Positions 10,597-26,684 of a stretch of DNA of 38,251 nucleotides are shown in pieces. Made by a program: the position numbers and the translations under genes. Source of the stretch: Basidiobolus ranarum. Taxonomy: Eukaryota. The notes beneath the pieces are model-generated. The model saw only the letters and a program-made list of their open reading frames with translations. It did not search any database and was not told the origin of the DNA. Numbering within the stretch: position 1 is the first letter of the stretch; each line of letters begins with the position of its first letter. The DNA lies in NCBI GenBank assembly GCA_040143965.1, contig JASJQH010000048.1, positions 1 to 38,251 of the forward strand, written 5' to 3'.

Positions 10597-13132
10597 ATGG
10601 TTACCCAACAACAAGAGACCAGAAGCGAACCCAGGCCAAAGGCTCCTAACAATAATACTAGCAAAAGGCCACAACCTCATTGGAGACACCGTAGACCAAA
10701 GCCAAGAAAAGAAGTAGAAAATAAAGATGGTGCTGCGGAGAATGACGTCAACGCAGTTAGTGATGAAGTAGAAAACGATGATGCTGAACGATGCTTCATT
10801 TGTACCGAGCCTATATCATGTTATTCCGTTGGCTCTTGTAACCATCGCACTTGTCATCTGTGTTCTCTACGTCTGAGAGCACTATACAAAAACAAATCAT
10901 GTGGTTATTGTAAGGTAACTAATATACTTTAACTAATACTTGAAACACTCCAAGTTTTTCTTAATTTTTAACCATAATCTATTAAATAGACCGAGCTAGA
11001 GTCAGTTGTGTTTACTAAGGACCCCGAAAAACTCTTTGAAGCTTTTAATTTAGCAGATTTACCTGCCCGTGATGAGAAAACCTCTGTTTATTTCGATACA
11101 CAGGACTTGTGTGATGAAACTTTAATTATTCTACGGTATAATTGTCCTGATAGCACTTGCGATTTCCACGCTGAAAATGGGTGGAGAGGGTTGAAAGATC
11201 ATGTCAGAATGGTGCACCATCGTTCTTTATGGTTAGTTCATCACTAATAAGTTGCATAGTTGAGCTATTTTCTAAAATGGGACCTTTATGCCTTAACTAG
11301 TGACATTTGTATCAAACATAAGAAAGTTTTTTCCCATGAGCACACACTATATACTCGGGCACACTTACAAAAACATATGACGGTTGGAGATTCCAAAGAT
11401 CCCAATAATACCACCGGTTTCAAAGGTCATCCCGAATGTCAGTTTTGTAAAATATCCTTTTATGACGGTGATCAACTGTTCGAACATTGCCGTCATAAGC
11501 ATGAGCAATGTCATATTTGCATTCGCGATGGAAGCGGGCGAAACGATTACTACGCCAATTACAGCACTCTTGAGCAGCACTTTCTCAAGGATCACTTTTT
11601 GTGTACCCATCAAGAATGCTTAGACAAAAAATTCATGGTCTTTGAATCAGATATTGATTTCAAAGCTCATCTGGTATTGAATTGTTTGTATAGTGTCGTT
11701 ATCCTACAAGTATAGATATTAATATTTCTGACTACTCCAATAAGGTTCAAGAACACAGAGGCGTGGCCAGTCAGAGATCCCAGTTGAAGCAAGCCAGACA
11801 GATCGAAGTTAATTTTACTTATTCGGACAACAACAACAGAAATCGTGGTCGGAATAGAGATCAAGAGAATACACGTCGGGTATGTATGATTTAATATCAA
11901 GTATACACATGCACATACATGGAATCAGCAATTAAACACTACATAACAATGATAGAGAGATAATCAGAACCATCGAAGGGAAAATGACACCAAACCTCCA
12001 GATAATAACTCCAGACACGATGAGCGTGGAAAGAATCATAGAAATGACAAATCAAAAGGAAGAATCAACCCACCCCCCGAATTTGGCAGTACCTTGAGTG
12101 ATCAAGTTCCTTCCAACTCTAACAGCGTTTCCCAAAGTACATCAGATCGTGGGAGTATCAAAGATAAAACCCCGACTGGCTTCGGTCAGCTAAGTGACAA
12201 TGCATCAGGTGCATCTTCTCTGGTTGACGATGATACACTCAGGTAACTACACAATAGGCGTAGCAATGCTTTCAATGCCTAATATTTGATTTGTGTTTAG
12301 TAACCACACTGCTTTTATGGAGAGATTGTCCGGGTATTTGGGAAGAAACAAGGAGCGGATCGAGAATTTTAAAGAGTTGACTGCTGCGTATCGCCGGGAC
12401 CTCATTCCGGTCTCACAATTTCTTGATTCCATCAAGCCACTCGTTCCTGCATCTAAAGACCAGCTTGCGACAACTGGTAAGATTGTGAATGGTCTAGTAG
12501 ATTTGTTAGATGTTGAAGAAAAAAAGCAGGAATTGTTATCAAGTTGGCGTGACCGTAAAATCCAGGTAACTACACTAAACTGATCAGATTATCTCCACAT
12601 ACTTGTCTAACATGTTCATCAGAAAAACAATGAATTCCCTCAACTCAGACCGACCGGGCTGTCCAGTGATATTGCATCCAATAATGCTGCCAAACATGTC
12701 TTAGTTATCAAATCTAAAACATCCAAAGCAAATCAACCTGGTGGCAATGGAAAGACGGGAGTGTGGGATCGTGTTGCTGCTGCGGCGCAGAGGCCATCAT
12801 CTCAGAACAATTCTACCCTTTTCCCCTCTCTACCTTCAGTGTCGAGACCCTCCACTTCGTCTCACACCTCTACCGCTTGGTCTGGACGGTCGACGCCTCA
12901 CTTTGTCTCTCCGGCAGCCTCAGCAGCCCCAAGAAAGACTCCCGCTGATGACTTTCCCTCTTTGCCAGCTGTACCCAAGCCACCCAAAATCAAAGGCATC
13001 TCAAGCAGAAACAAAAAAGACGATAGCGTATGGGGAAAACAAAAGGAAGCACTTGGTGCCGATATGGAAGATTTAGAAATACACGACGGAAAAAAGAAGA
13101 AAGGTAAACAAGTACTACTTCATTTTGGATGA
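10597..13132 (+). CDS. HEL2: E3 ubiquitin ligase Hel2/ZNF598 (ribosome quality control); 6 introns
   Basis: RING CFICTEP...CNHRTCHLCSLRLRALYKNKSCGYCK, C2H2 fingers (GFKGHPECQFC, EHCRHKHEQCHIC), FPxL motifs and C-terminal KKKKGKQVLLHFG. Confidence 0.95.
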
Positions 13133-14044
13133 ATTTAATCCATTGCCATATTTGCCAGCCTGTATTGTAAATGGCTAAATAAACTAGTGCTAATAGCCTT
13201 TAGATGAATCATTCGTTTCCACATTTGGAAAGCATCTGAAAGTAATGTGAATTCACTTATGAGCCGATGTACATTCCTTCGATCGATGCAAATATAGATC
13301 TGTGTAGTGTTGATGTAGAAAGCTATTGGAGCAAGATGGCCGATTCTACCGAGTACTTGATGGCAAATATAGCAATGGATAAACACGGGATGGGGGAAAT
13401 GGATGATTGAATTGAAATAAATATCGACAATAAATGGAGCAATTTCTATAATGAACCTGAACATCTTAATACCCGAATGACCTCCACTACCATCATCTAT
13501 CTTTTTTGCTCGTGATACAAGGATGGTGAGCATGGATTGATAATGGCTAAGTCGGCACAGTTTGCGTCATAAGAGCGCTTCTCTTGGGTAAAGTGGTCGT
13601 ACAGGATACGGTGTACGAGTGTATAGAAGGAGTTTTTGGTCTGAGTTTCTTACTTCCTGACCACCTAACATGCCTTTATGCTGCTGAATAGGTTCCATTC
13701 CCAATTTCTAAGTTTAGATAAGAGCGATCCATTTGAAGCCTGTGTTTAGTCTAGGCTTTGGATACAAGTCACTCATTGTTGAGTATCCGGTTGATCCAAG
13801 CAAGTTGTAAGAAAGGATCTTGTTCTACGGCGAATTCTGGTATGGAAATTAAAATATGCTTCTGTATCTGTTTGTGTCGCATTTATAATATCATTTTTAC
13901 CCATTTGTTGACTGGATTTTGACATCTCGTTAGTCAACGCCTCATCAATGTGGTTCATTTAATTTGGACGGTCGACCACGCTCGTACTACCATATTTGCC
14001 TTGAATCGTGTCACCAAAGCCATGCCATGTAATGCCATGCCATG

Positions 14045-14439
14045 CTATCAATACCAGTATTTTCTCTATCTCATTCCCACACTGGAGGAGGCGTTATAGG
14101 ACTTGCGTCGACCCCAGCTGATAGAGAAAACAAAAGATGCTAAGGGTTAGCAATTGGTTAATAAGTGCTTAATGGCTCTTTCTCTGGTGATTGCATCCCA
14201 AGATGAATGCAGAAAGATCTCTGCGGAATGATTTTGCCCGGAAAGAAATTAAGATTTGTTGTGAGATGGCGATTGCGAATGTTTAGGAGTGCCTCTAGAA
14301 AAGGGAATGTGGTGTAGCACAATTGAAGCACAACCATTTCCCCTCCAGGGTTATCAGTAGGTCTAGACCTTTCCACCACGATTTAGATTGAAAATTGTTA
14401 TCATATCATGGCATAAGATTAGCTGTAGATCTATAAAAG
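14045..14439 (+). promoter_or_regulatory. Globin promoter with five WGATAR sites, an 11-bp inverted repeat and a TATA box
   Basis: GATA sites at 14045, 14066, 14119, 14351 and 14398; ttttctctatc (14060-14070) pairs with gatagagaaaa (14120-14130); ctataaaag at 14431-14439. Confidence 0.5.
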
Positions 14440-14482
14440 CTTGTGCGTTACCACTTTCTTCAATTAATTAATCTTTTACAAA

Positions 14483-15172
14483 ATGGATTTTCTTTCAAGC
14501 GTTTTTGGTTACAAGAAATCCCCCTCCATCAGTTCCATGAACCGAAGTTATCGCTCTCGCGATAATCTCATGAAGAGGTCTTCCGATAAGGCATCAGTTA
14601 TGGTTGATACTATGAGCTATACTGAAAAACCCAGTACATACAGCACTTGTCCAGCCACTGGACGTAGAGTGGACTCGGCCTACTCTGATAAAAATAGCAT
14701 GTCTGAAGGTTGTCCTTTTTCAAAGCCTATTGAGAACATGATGGAGATCCCATTGGAACTTAAGAAGGATGGCGAGCCAACAATCTTAGAGATACTTGGT
14801 GAAGACCGAGTCGAACAGATCGTTGAACGATTCTATCATCATAACCTAACAGATAGGAGAACCCGGGCGTTCTTCCATGGAATCAATATCGAAAGACTGC
14901 AACGGATGCAGACGGTGTTTTTGGTTAGTCTGTTAGGTGGGAAACCCATTAATATGCGTAAAATGCGGTCTGCTCACAAGCGTCTACTTGAACTCAATGA
15001 TTCTCACTTTGATGCTGTCATGAAAAATTTAATGAGAGCAGCTAAGGATATGCAGGTTCCGCGTAACTTGCGGGACAGGATCCTCGCGGCTGCTGAGATT
15101 ACCCGGGATGATGTCTTAGGACGTACACCGAAACATGAGCTTTATATTAGCTCTCAACCAGATTACTACTAA
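14483..15172 (+). CDS. Group I truncated (2/2) haemoglobin with a ~98-aa N-terminal extension; single exon
   Basis: TILEILG...VERFY (TyrB10)...AFFHG (PheCD1) INIERLQRMQ (LeuE7, GlnE11)...LLGG...MRSAH (HisF8)...HFDAV matches the HbN/GlbN pattern. Confidence 0.92.
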   Translation: MDFLSSVFGYKKSPSISSMNRSYRSRDNLMKRSSDKASVMVDTMSYTEKPSTYSTCPATGRRVDSAYSDKNSMSEGCPFSKPIENMMEIPLELKKDGEPTILEILGEDRVEQIVERFYHHNLTDRRTRAFFHGINIERLQRMQTVFLVSLLGGKPINMRKMRSAHKRLLELNDSHFDAVMKNLMRAAKDMQVPRNLRDRILAAAEITRDDVLGRTPKHELYISSQPDYY

Positions 15173-15991
15173 AAACCTGAGGCGACATTGAGTTCATCAT
15201 ACCCATTCTCAGCATGTAAAACCTAATTAGCACTCGCATCCCATTGTGTAATTACCACTTCACTACGCACTACGCATTACGCACATTACAATCCTACAAA
15301 TGGACAATTTCTACATAGAGCTATTCACGTCTTATTACAGTACAATATACCTTTAGAAGTATTGTGTTTTACTTTACTGCAATTACCACCTTACTACATA
15401 TTAGAAATGTTTCAACTAAACTTTCCTGGTGAAGCTTAGGATTAGCTGTTTTACCTTGATAAATTCTGAATTAAAATACTTGTTTAAACCTATAAATCTC
15501 TTGATTTTCTTTGATTTGCCCAACCTTGATTGAATTCTCTGGAATGCTTGTGGTTCCACTTAGTGGCTCCACTTTGAATGAGAAAACTCTGCTTAAGCGG
15601 AGCATCTAACTTGAACAACCTTTGTTTCTGAGGGTTAGTATTCCTCCTTATTGGCAAACTTGATCTGATCACGTGCTAACTATTTGATTTCATCTACCCC
15701 ATATCTGAATAATTCAATTGGGGCCCCAACGATATTTGGGAACCTAAAACGAGGCATTAGTCAAAACTTTCTCAAGCTTGTTCAGGAAAATAGCTCCAAA
15801 GGGTACGTATAATGCAATTTACTTTGAATGTATGAAACCAATCCACATTGTACCTACTCAGTATGTTCTCTAGTAAAGAGTCTGACCGCTGCTCTTATCT
15901 ATGTCTTCAGACGTGACCTTATTACGACCATCAATTAATCAAGCTGTTTTTTCTTTTTTCCCGAAATTGCGTATTTCTCTTTAGATTTAAA

Positions 15992-16506
15992 ATGTTCCGT
16001 ACTAGTGCCTTGCTTAACGTTGTAAAACAGGTATGTATTCTGTTTGACAAAACACTACAACCCTCGAAAGAAACGCTCTAAATCAAACCTATTATTTATT
16101 AGTCCACTGGTCTCTTTGGTATCGCTGTTCATCCCAATCCTCGTCCTCAATTGATCGATATTTACAACCAGACTCTTACTGCTTTGGAACGTCTCCCTTC
16201 TAACGCTGTATATCGTCATGCCACCACCGCTTTGACTAAGCAAAAATTGTCCGTTGTCGAAAGTACTGAAGACATTCCCGAGCTTGAGGCCAAGTTGGAT
16301 GCTGGTCAAATTGAGGAAGTCATTATGGCCGCTCAAGATGAACTCAAGTTAGTTGCGAAGATGGAAGAATGGAAAGCGTTAGTATAATTTATATTTTGGT
16401 TTACTCTTAGGAGAAACAACTAACATTAAGGTGAATTTTATTTAGCTGGGAGCCATTAGATGTTGAGCCCTCCAGCGATCAATGGGTGTATCCTGGTCGC
16501 AAGTAA
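15992..16506 (+). CDS. NDUFA5: NADH:ubiquinone oxidoreductase accessory subunit NDUFA5 (B13/NUFM); 3 exons
   Basis: MFRTSALLNVVKQ|STGLFGIAVHPNPRPQLIDIYNQTL...AVYRHATTALT...GQIEEVIMAAQDELKL..MEEWKA|WEPL...QWVYP. Confidence 0.93.
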
Positions 16507-16925
16507 TTTATTACTAGCCGCTCGTTTCATGTTCCAAACCACATCATCTATTCGCTTAGTAACATCTTAGAGGTTTTCATTTTGATCTCTATTCACTTCC
16601 CTTTTACTACATTCAAGAAAATCACATAAGACTCAGCTCATGTCTACAAATATGTACATGCCTCGATATCATCACTAAAAATAAAGAATGATTTGTGACT
16701 GAACCAAGATAGCAAACTAGTCGAAAGAAATATCCTAGAGTGAGGTCTATTCTATACCGACTTTGATCCAGATGATAATTCGGATTTATGGGGTCATCGT
16801 ATTGGTGATATTGGGGCTAGGATTCGACCTAGCGTTTACTATTATTTCATGTTCATTTTTGCCTCATTTTGCACCCTTTCTCTGATACATTGTATTTAGA
16901 TAGCGTATTTTGGTAGTCAACTAAT

Positions 16926-17334
16926 ATGGGAAAACTATTGACAACCGTAGCTAGTCTCACAGTTGCTGCAGGTACTGTATATTACATTCGGAAGAGAGCC
17001 AATCATGATTCTCAAGGTATTCAGGAACTTGTATCACAAGCGAAGCAAACCTGGAGCGACTCTTTAGCCAAGTTAGAAAATGTAAGGATTCAAATAAGTT
17101 TAACCATTCAGTGGATTCCAGTTCAATAACCTTTTTATCTCATGAAATAACTTTCAGGTCGACGATGTGGTAGCTAAACAGCCACCAACTACTCTTTCTT
17201 TACTTCAAGGAGAGTTCACTTATTTTACCAAGCAGTTTGTCCCAGATATGAAGAATTCTTGGAACCATGGAGTTTCTCGTTTAGCTCAACGAGCAAATAA
17301 TGTTGAAGTAGACGTGAAGAGTTTATGGAAGTGA
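16926..17334 (+). CDS. Small mitochondrial membrane protein, probably MICOS subunit Mic12/QIL1-like; 2 exons
   Basis: N-terminal TM (LTVAAGTVYY). Intron 17082-17157 (gtaagg...ttcag) joins in frame to VDDVVAKQPP...MKNSWNHGVSRLAQRANNVEVDVKSLWK*. The KxxWNxGV motif is typical of Mic12/Mic13. Confidence 0.6.
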
Positions 17335-17945
17335 GAATACCCCAAAATACTTCTCGACCAATGTTACTTAAAGTATAAAGGAGTAGAACCGAAGTACTAC
17401 TCAAGTTTACTTGACATCCTGTGATATTTACTCCATTCTTGTGAGCTTTTATCATTTTAATTATTGAACTTTTCATTTGCAAGTCAGTCCTCTACAACAA
17501 TCCATTAAAGTTATCCCGCATTTTCCAACACTGATGTATATTTGATATTGAACAAATTTTTGAATGCAAAAGGATGTTATCCTAATAAGCTATTGTTGAT
17601 CACATTAATTGAGAATTAACAATTCATCACACACTGTTCCCTACTACTTTAAGTCGGTATATTGTGTACCGGAATTTGTCACTCTATGTACAGAATATTC
17701 AGAATATCAGGATCTCTTAATCCTACTAGGTTTGGTCAATATCAAGCTATTACAAACAAATCGGAATTTCCTAAAAAGGGATATACTTTCTGATAAACAA
17801 TAAATGACCACGAGAGCGGATTTAAGAGAAACTTCGAAATCTACCAGATTTTCTATTTGTTAGTTAAAGTTTATATAATCAAAGCCACTTCCATTTATTT
17901 ATACGTTTTTATATTACAGATGAAGAATAAGATATACATTCAATA

Positions 17946-18626
17946 TTACAAACATACAAGAGACTTTTCATGAGCTATTCTGGGACTAGTGTGAAGACGA
18001 TAGTGCATATCTTCATACTTTTGCAGTAAATCTCTCTTCCACGAGTTACGTTGAAATATTCCTGCGACTTTTTTACTAGCAGAGGTAGAGGAACCAGACA
18101 TGAATAGATCAAGGCGACACTCAAAGCTAATGGGAACCACCACGCGATCATTCTTGCGATAAATAGTGTTACATTCAGTTTCATAAACAAATGTCCAATC
18201 AGACTTGCTGGACACGCTTCTTACGTCTATACGACCAATGTTAAGCACAATAGGTCTGATTAGTATGTTGTGTTGATCACTACCGATGAATATTTGTGAA
18301 ATAGTTGGCTTTGCAGAGTAGGAGCGCTGAAAATGAGCAATGGCTGGTTTGGCTTTGAAGGTGACCACTCCGGAGGTGGTATCAATGGAGAAGAATTCGA
18401 ATTCAAATGCGACCTTTTCGCTTACATCTTGATGGACGATAATGAGAAGACTCTGATGTTGTAGTCGCTGGTTTACGATGTTCCGAACCATTTCTCGGCA
18501 TTCCTTGTAATTAATAATGACAGATGCCAATGTTTTGTAGTCAGCATGTTCCAACACCTTATATACTGCATCTCTAGAATATTGGTCAGTGACGGAGGCA
18601 GAGCGTTTGATAGAAAGACGACGCAT
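17946..18626 (-). CDS. Hypothetical protein, 226 aa, with possible degenerate F-box-like N-terminus; single exon
   Basis: Clean ORF with TATA-like elements upstream (about 18691 and 18722); DAVYKVLEHADYKTLASV resembles an F-box helix pair. Confidence 0.65.
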   Translation of the reverse strand: MRRLSIKRSASVTDQYSRDAVYKVLEHADYKTLASVIINYKECREMVRNIVNQRLQHQSLLIIVHQDVSEKVAFEFEFFSIDTTSGVVTFKAKPAIAHFQRSYSAKPTISQIFIGSDQHNILIRPIVLNIGRIDVRSVSSKSDWTFVYETECNTIYRKNDRVVVPISFECRLDLFMSGSSTSASKKVAGIFQRNSWKRDLLQKYEDMHYRLHTSPRIAHEKSLVCL

Positions 18627-19518
18627 TCTGTGTATGGCTGGTGTGAAATATAGGTGAGGGCTGGTTAGTTTTCAATTCTACGACTGACCTTATATATGGC
18701 CAATCGAGCTGGGGGTTGTGATATATAAGGTAAGCTCGTAAGTTTGGTTTGGGGAGACAGTATTTAATTGCACACTTCTTTGCTTGCCACTTCCCAAAAT
18801 ATAAAGATCCAGGTAGATTTATTTGGGTGGACCATTAGTAGATTTATTCGATTAAATTAAAAAGTGATTTTTCCGGGAGTGATAACACACTTACTTAGGG
18901 TTAGTCTATCCTCTATTGTAAATTGTTTGGAGAATAAGGAAATCTACGCCAATACATCTCTACACCTCGAACTGCGTTCTGGTGGATATTGACATACTTA
19001 ATTCCTAGCCTTAGTTTCGCTCGTGTACGAGGTCATTGTCATTTGTTTATCTAGTAAGCTGTGATTCAATGAACAATCTCGCTATCCAGAAAAATTAGGG
19101 TTAGATCCGCTTGAATGACACCAAGTATTGGATCATCTATACCAGTATTGGTGGATATTGGATTGTTCCATTCAGAATGGATCTGCTATCACATTGAAAT
19201 ATACCGGTTTATAAAATCCAGAATATTGGAATCATAGTTTGCAGTCAGGTATTGCACTAGTTAAAATCATTCATAAAGCCCCCTAAAATTAAATGAATTC
19301 CTGTTGCATACGTCTTTTCTCAAATCCTTATGATTTTTGACCCTATCAAGAATTCCTAATTTTTGTTAGCGTACTTGAGGGTCTATTAGTTGGGTCAGGC
19401 ATTTCTGCTACTATTTCGTAACAAAAGTTAAACCACCTACTACTAGCGACTTTTATACTAAATCTCTTAATCTTGTGAACCATTCTTCTCCATTTGATTC
19501 TTTCTCATTTAACTAAAA

Positions 19519-21004
19519 ATGCATTCATTAAGCCAACATAATAATAATCCCCAGCTACAGCAGTATCTTCAATTGCAACAAGCTGCTGCTATGAAAAATC
19601 CATCCGCTTTGAATGCACCCAATTTAGGAGGTCCATCCACTATGTTAAACAAACTTCCTACCGGTTTGGGAATTCCTAGTGGCTCTAACAATCTTCACAA
19701 TATGAGTAACTCTTTGGGAGAGCCATATTATGGACCTGGAGGAGGCGCTGCTAGTGCTGGGCATAACAATGTAACCATGCCTTTCAGTGGAGCTCAGCAA
19801 CAAAGATATGCCTTGATGGAGGAAGAGGCCATATATTCTTTTATTTTGGATTTATTCCATCCCGACTCTCGAGAACAGGCACTTGCTCAACTTGCCAAAA
19901 GAAGAGAGACGTTTGAGGATTTGGCAGTTGTTTTATGGAATTCCTTTGGTACATAGTCTTTAATATATTTCCGTTTTCTTTGTGTAATAAGAACTGTAAA
20001 TCAGTATACAAAGTGAGTCGGTTGCTTACACGTTTTATCAGGTGTTATGTCGATTCTATTGCAAGAGATAGTTAACGTTTATCCTCTACTCGACGCCGAA
20101 TTGACAAACTCCATTTCCAATAGAGTATGCAACGCTTTAGCTCTACTACAATGTGTTGCCAGTCATAACGAAACTCGGTTACCATTTCTTGGAAGTAAGC
20201 CACTTCAAGCACAATTCAACACATCTCATAAACATAACAAGACTAACAAGAGTGATTGAAATCAGCTCATTTCCCCTATTTCTTGTATCCTATGTTGAAT
20301 ACAACCGACAACAGTAAGCCTTTTGAATACTTGCGTTTGACCGCTTTGGGGGTTATTGGTGCATTAGTGAAAGTTAGTCCCTCTTCAAGAGTTATATATA
20401 GTCACCCTTTCACTCTCGGACTAACATGATTATACTAAATTATAGCAAGATTGTCCAGAAGTAGTCAGCTTTTTGTTAAATACGGAGATAATTCCTATTT
20501 GTCTTCGTATTATGAACCATGGAGCGGAACTTTCTAAAACTGTACTTATGTCACATCGCTTTGATGAGCAACTGTTCAAGATGCTAATTAAATTTCATGA
20601 ATCTATAGGTGGCTATATTCATTCTTCAGAAGATCCTTCAAGATGACTACGGATTACTTTATATTTGTCAAACATATGAGAGATTCTTCGCTGTTATCAC
20701 AGTGCTTGAGAATATGGTCATGCACCTGACTGATAGTCAATCTTGTCGACTACTAAAGCATGTAGTGAGATGCTACCTAAGATTATGTGAAAACCAAAGG
20801 TATGTTCAACTTTCATTTTCTCATCTTAACCAGTATTTCTAACCTTCATTATTTATCAGGGCTCGTGAGGCACTTCAATCATGTTTACCAAATCCTCTAC
20901 GTGATGGTTCCTTCTCACTCACATTAAAAGAGGATTTGGTGGCTAAACGAGCATTAAATCAATTGTTGGTTATACTAACTGAAGGTATAAATTCCGGTAA
21001 TTAG
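19519..21004 (+). CDS. CAF40: CCR4-NOT subunit Caf40/Rcd1/CNOT9; 5 introns
   Basis: [90 protein letters not shown]. Confidence 0.96.
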
Positions 21005-21824
21005 CCCAATACTAGGCATTGGCATCCATTTAGCTATAGAAGTTTCTCCCTCTACACTTCCCTTTTCATTCAAGTTGCATTGGGGATAGTTAGATTTAAC
21101 TTTCCAAAAATACTTTGTAGAACTTTACAACAATCTGATGAATATATATATACACATATTTCTATATTACTACCAATATTTCTCCCCTCCCCATTCCAAT
21201 TTTCAAGTGAACTAATATAAATGATAGATTCAACCAGGATCAATATTTGATTGTTAACATGCGAATGAGTGTTTAGTGTAATTAGTGGGATGGGAATTGC
21301 TAGATCAGGTGAATCACTTTATTTATCCTCCCCTCCTCTTCTCGTTCTCCCCTCTCCCTAACCCTCTCCCCTCCATCCCAAGATAACACTAATTGACAAT
21401 GGAAATGTGATGAATGTTTAAGGAATTTCTTCATGAATCGTGGGTCGAAGGTGAGAGTGTGTGAAGGTGAGTGAGGGTGGGTGGATGATGGGGATTTTTC
21501 AAAATAATGATTGAATGGTATGATTCGATGGAACAATCTGATAACTCTCGATATGATGAATAATTGGGGAGGAAAGAAAAACGGCGATGCAGAGAGGTGT
21601 TAATGGTGAATATGATAGAGGAAAAATGCGAGCAAAAATGAAGAGTCGAGGACGTGTCAAATAGAGTGTCAGTATATGGGATGTATTCGTATTCAAAGTA
21701 AAACGTAAAGGTAAAGGTAAAGCAGATGCCGATAGAGAATCAAGTGTAGCGCAATTAATGGATTAATCTAACCACCGTTGGTCATACAAATGACGGTCGA
21801 TTGAATCAGTGTTTTGGATCAAGT

Positions 21825-26368
<4,544 letters not shown>

Positions 26369-26380
26369 ATTATCCGATAC

Positions 26381-26684
26381 CTATGAGCTAAATTTGAAGG
26401 AAAGTTAGTATAATCCCTTAGGAAGGAAATAGTAAAGCTTCAAATAATAGTATTTTTTTTAGTGTAGTAGTTGAAAGCAAATAACATGAATCATTAGAAA
26501 AGGTTAAATAGGCTTCATATTAAGATGGTGTAAGTACTGTGAACTCGGTCGCGCTTGAATTCATTAACAAAGACAAAAAAATAAGGGCAGAAAAGATTAT
26601 AACAATAGATATATCAACAAACGTAGACTGCTCTGTGCAATCAATCTCGACTTGAAAGGTGATGATGCAGTAATAACTGCTTAC
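26381..26684 (-). other. Probable 304-nt intron in the YAK1 5' UTR
   Basis: Donor AAG|GTAAGC at 26684, branch ACTAAC at about 26409-26404, acceptor CATAG at 26381, 12 nt before the ATG. Confidence 0.5.

Noticed and set aside
14019-14045. (GCCAT)n repeat, and (ACTACGC)n at about 15262-15285
   Set aside because: Short microsatellite-like runs with no further support.
16816-16833. Hairpin GCTAGG-ATTCGA-CCTAGC resembling a tRNA T-arm
   Set aside because: No acceptor stem, D-arm or anticodon arm can be folded around it.
5069-17334. Stop-codon readthrough or selenocysteine at TGA-terminated genes (CASTOR, F-box, HEL2, Mic12-like)
   Set aside because: No TGA-CTA readthrough context, no recognisable SECIS element, and the proteins appear complete at these stops.
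21300-21696. Minus-strand ORFs of 78 and 65 aa
   Set aside because: Low-complexity purine/pyrimidine tracts in the convergent CAF40/YAK1 3' region.
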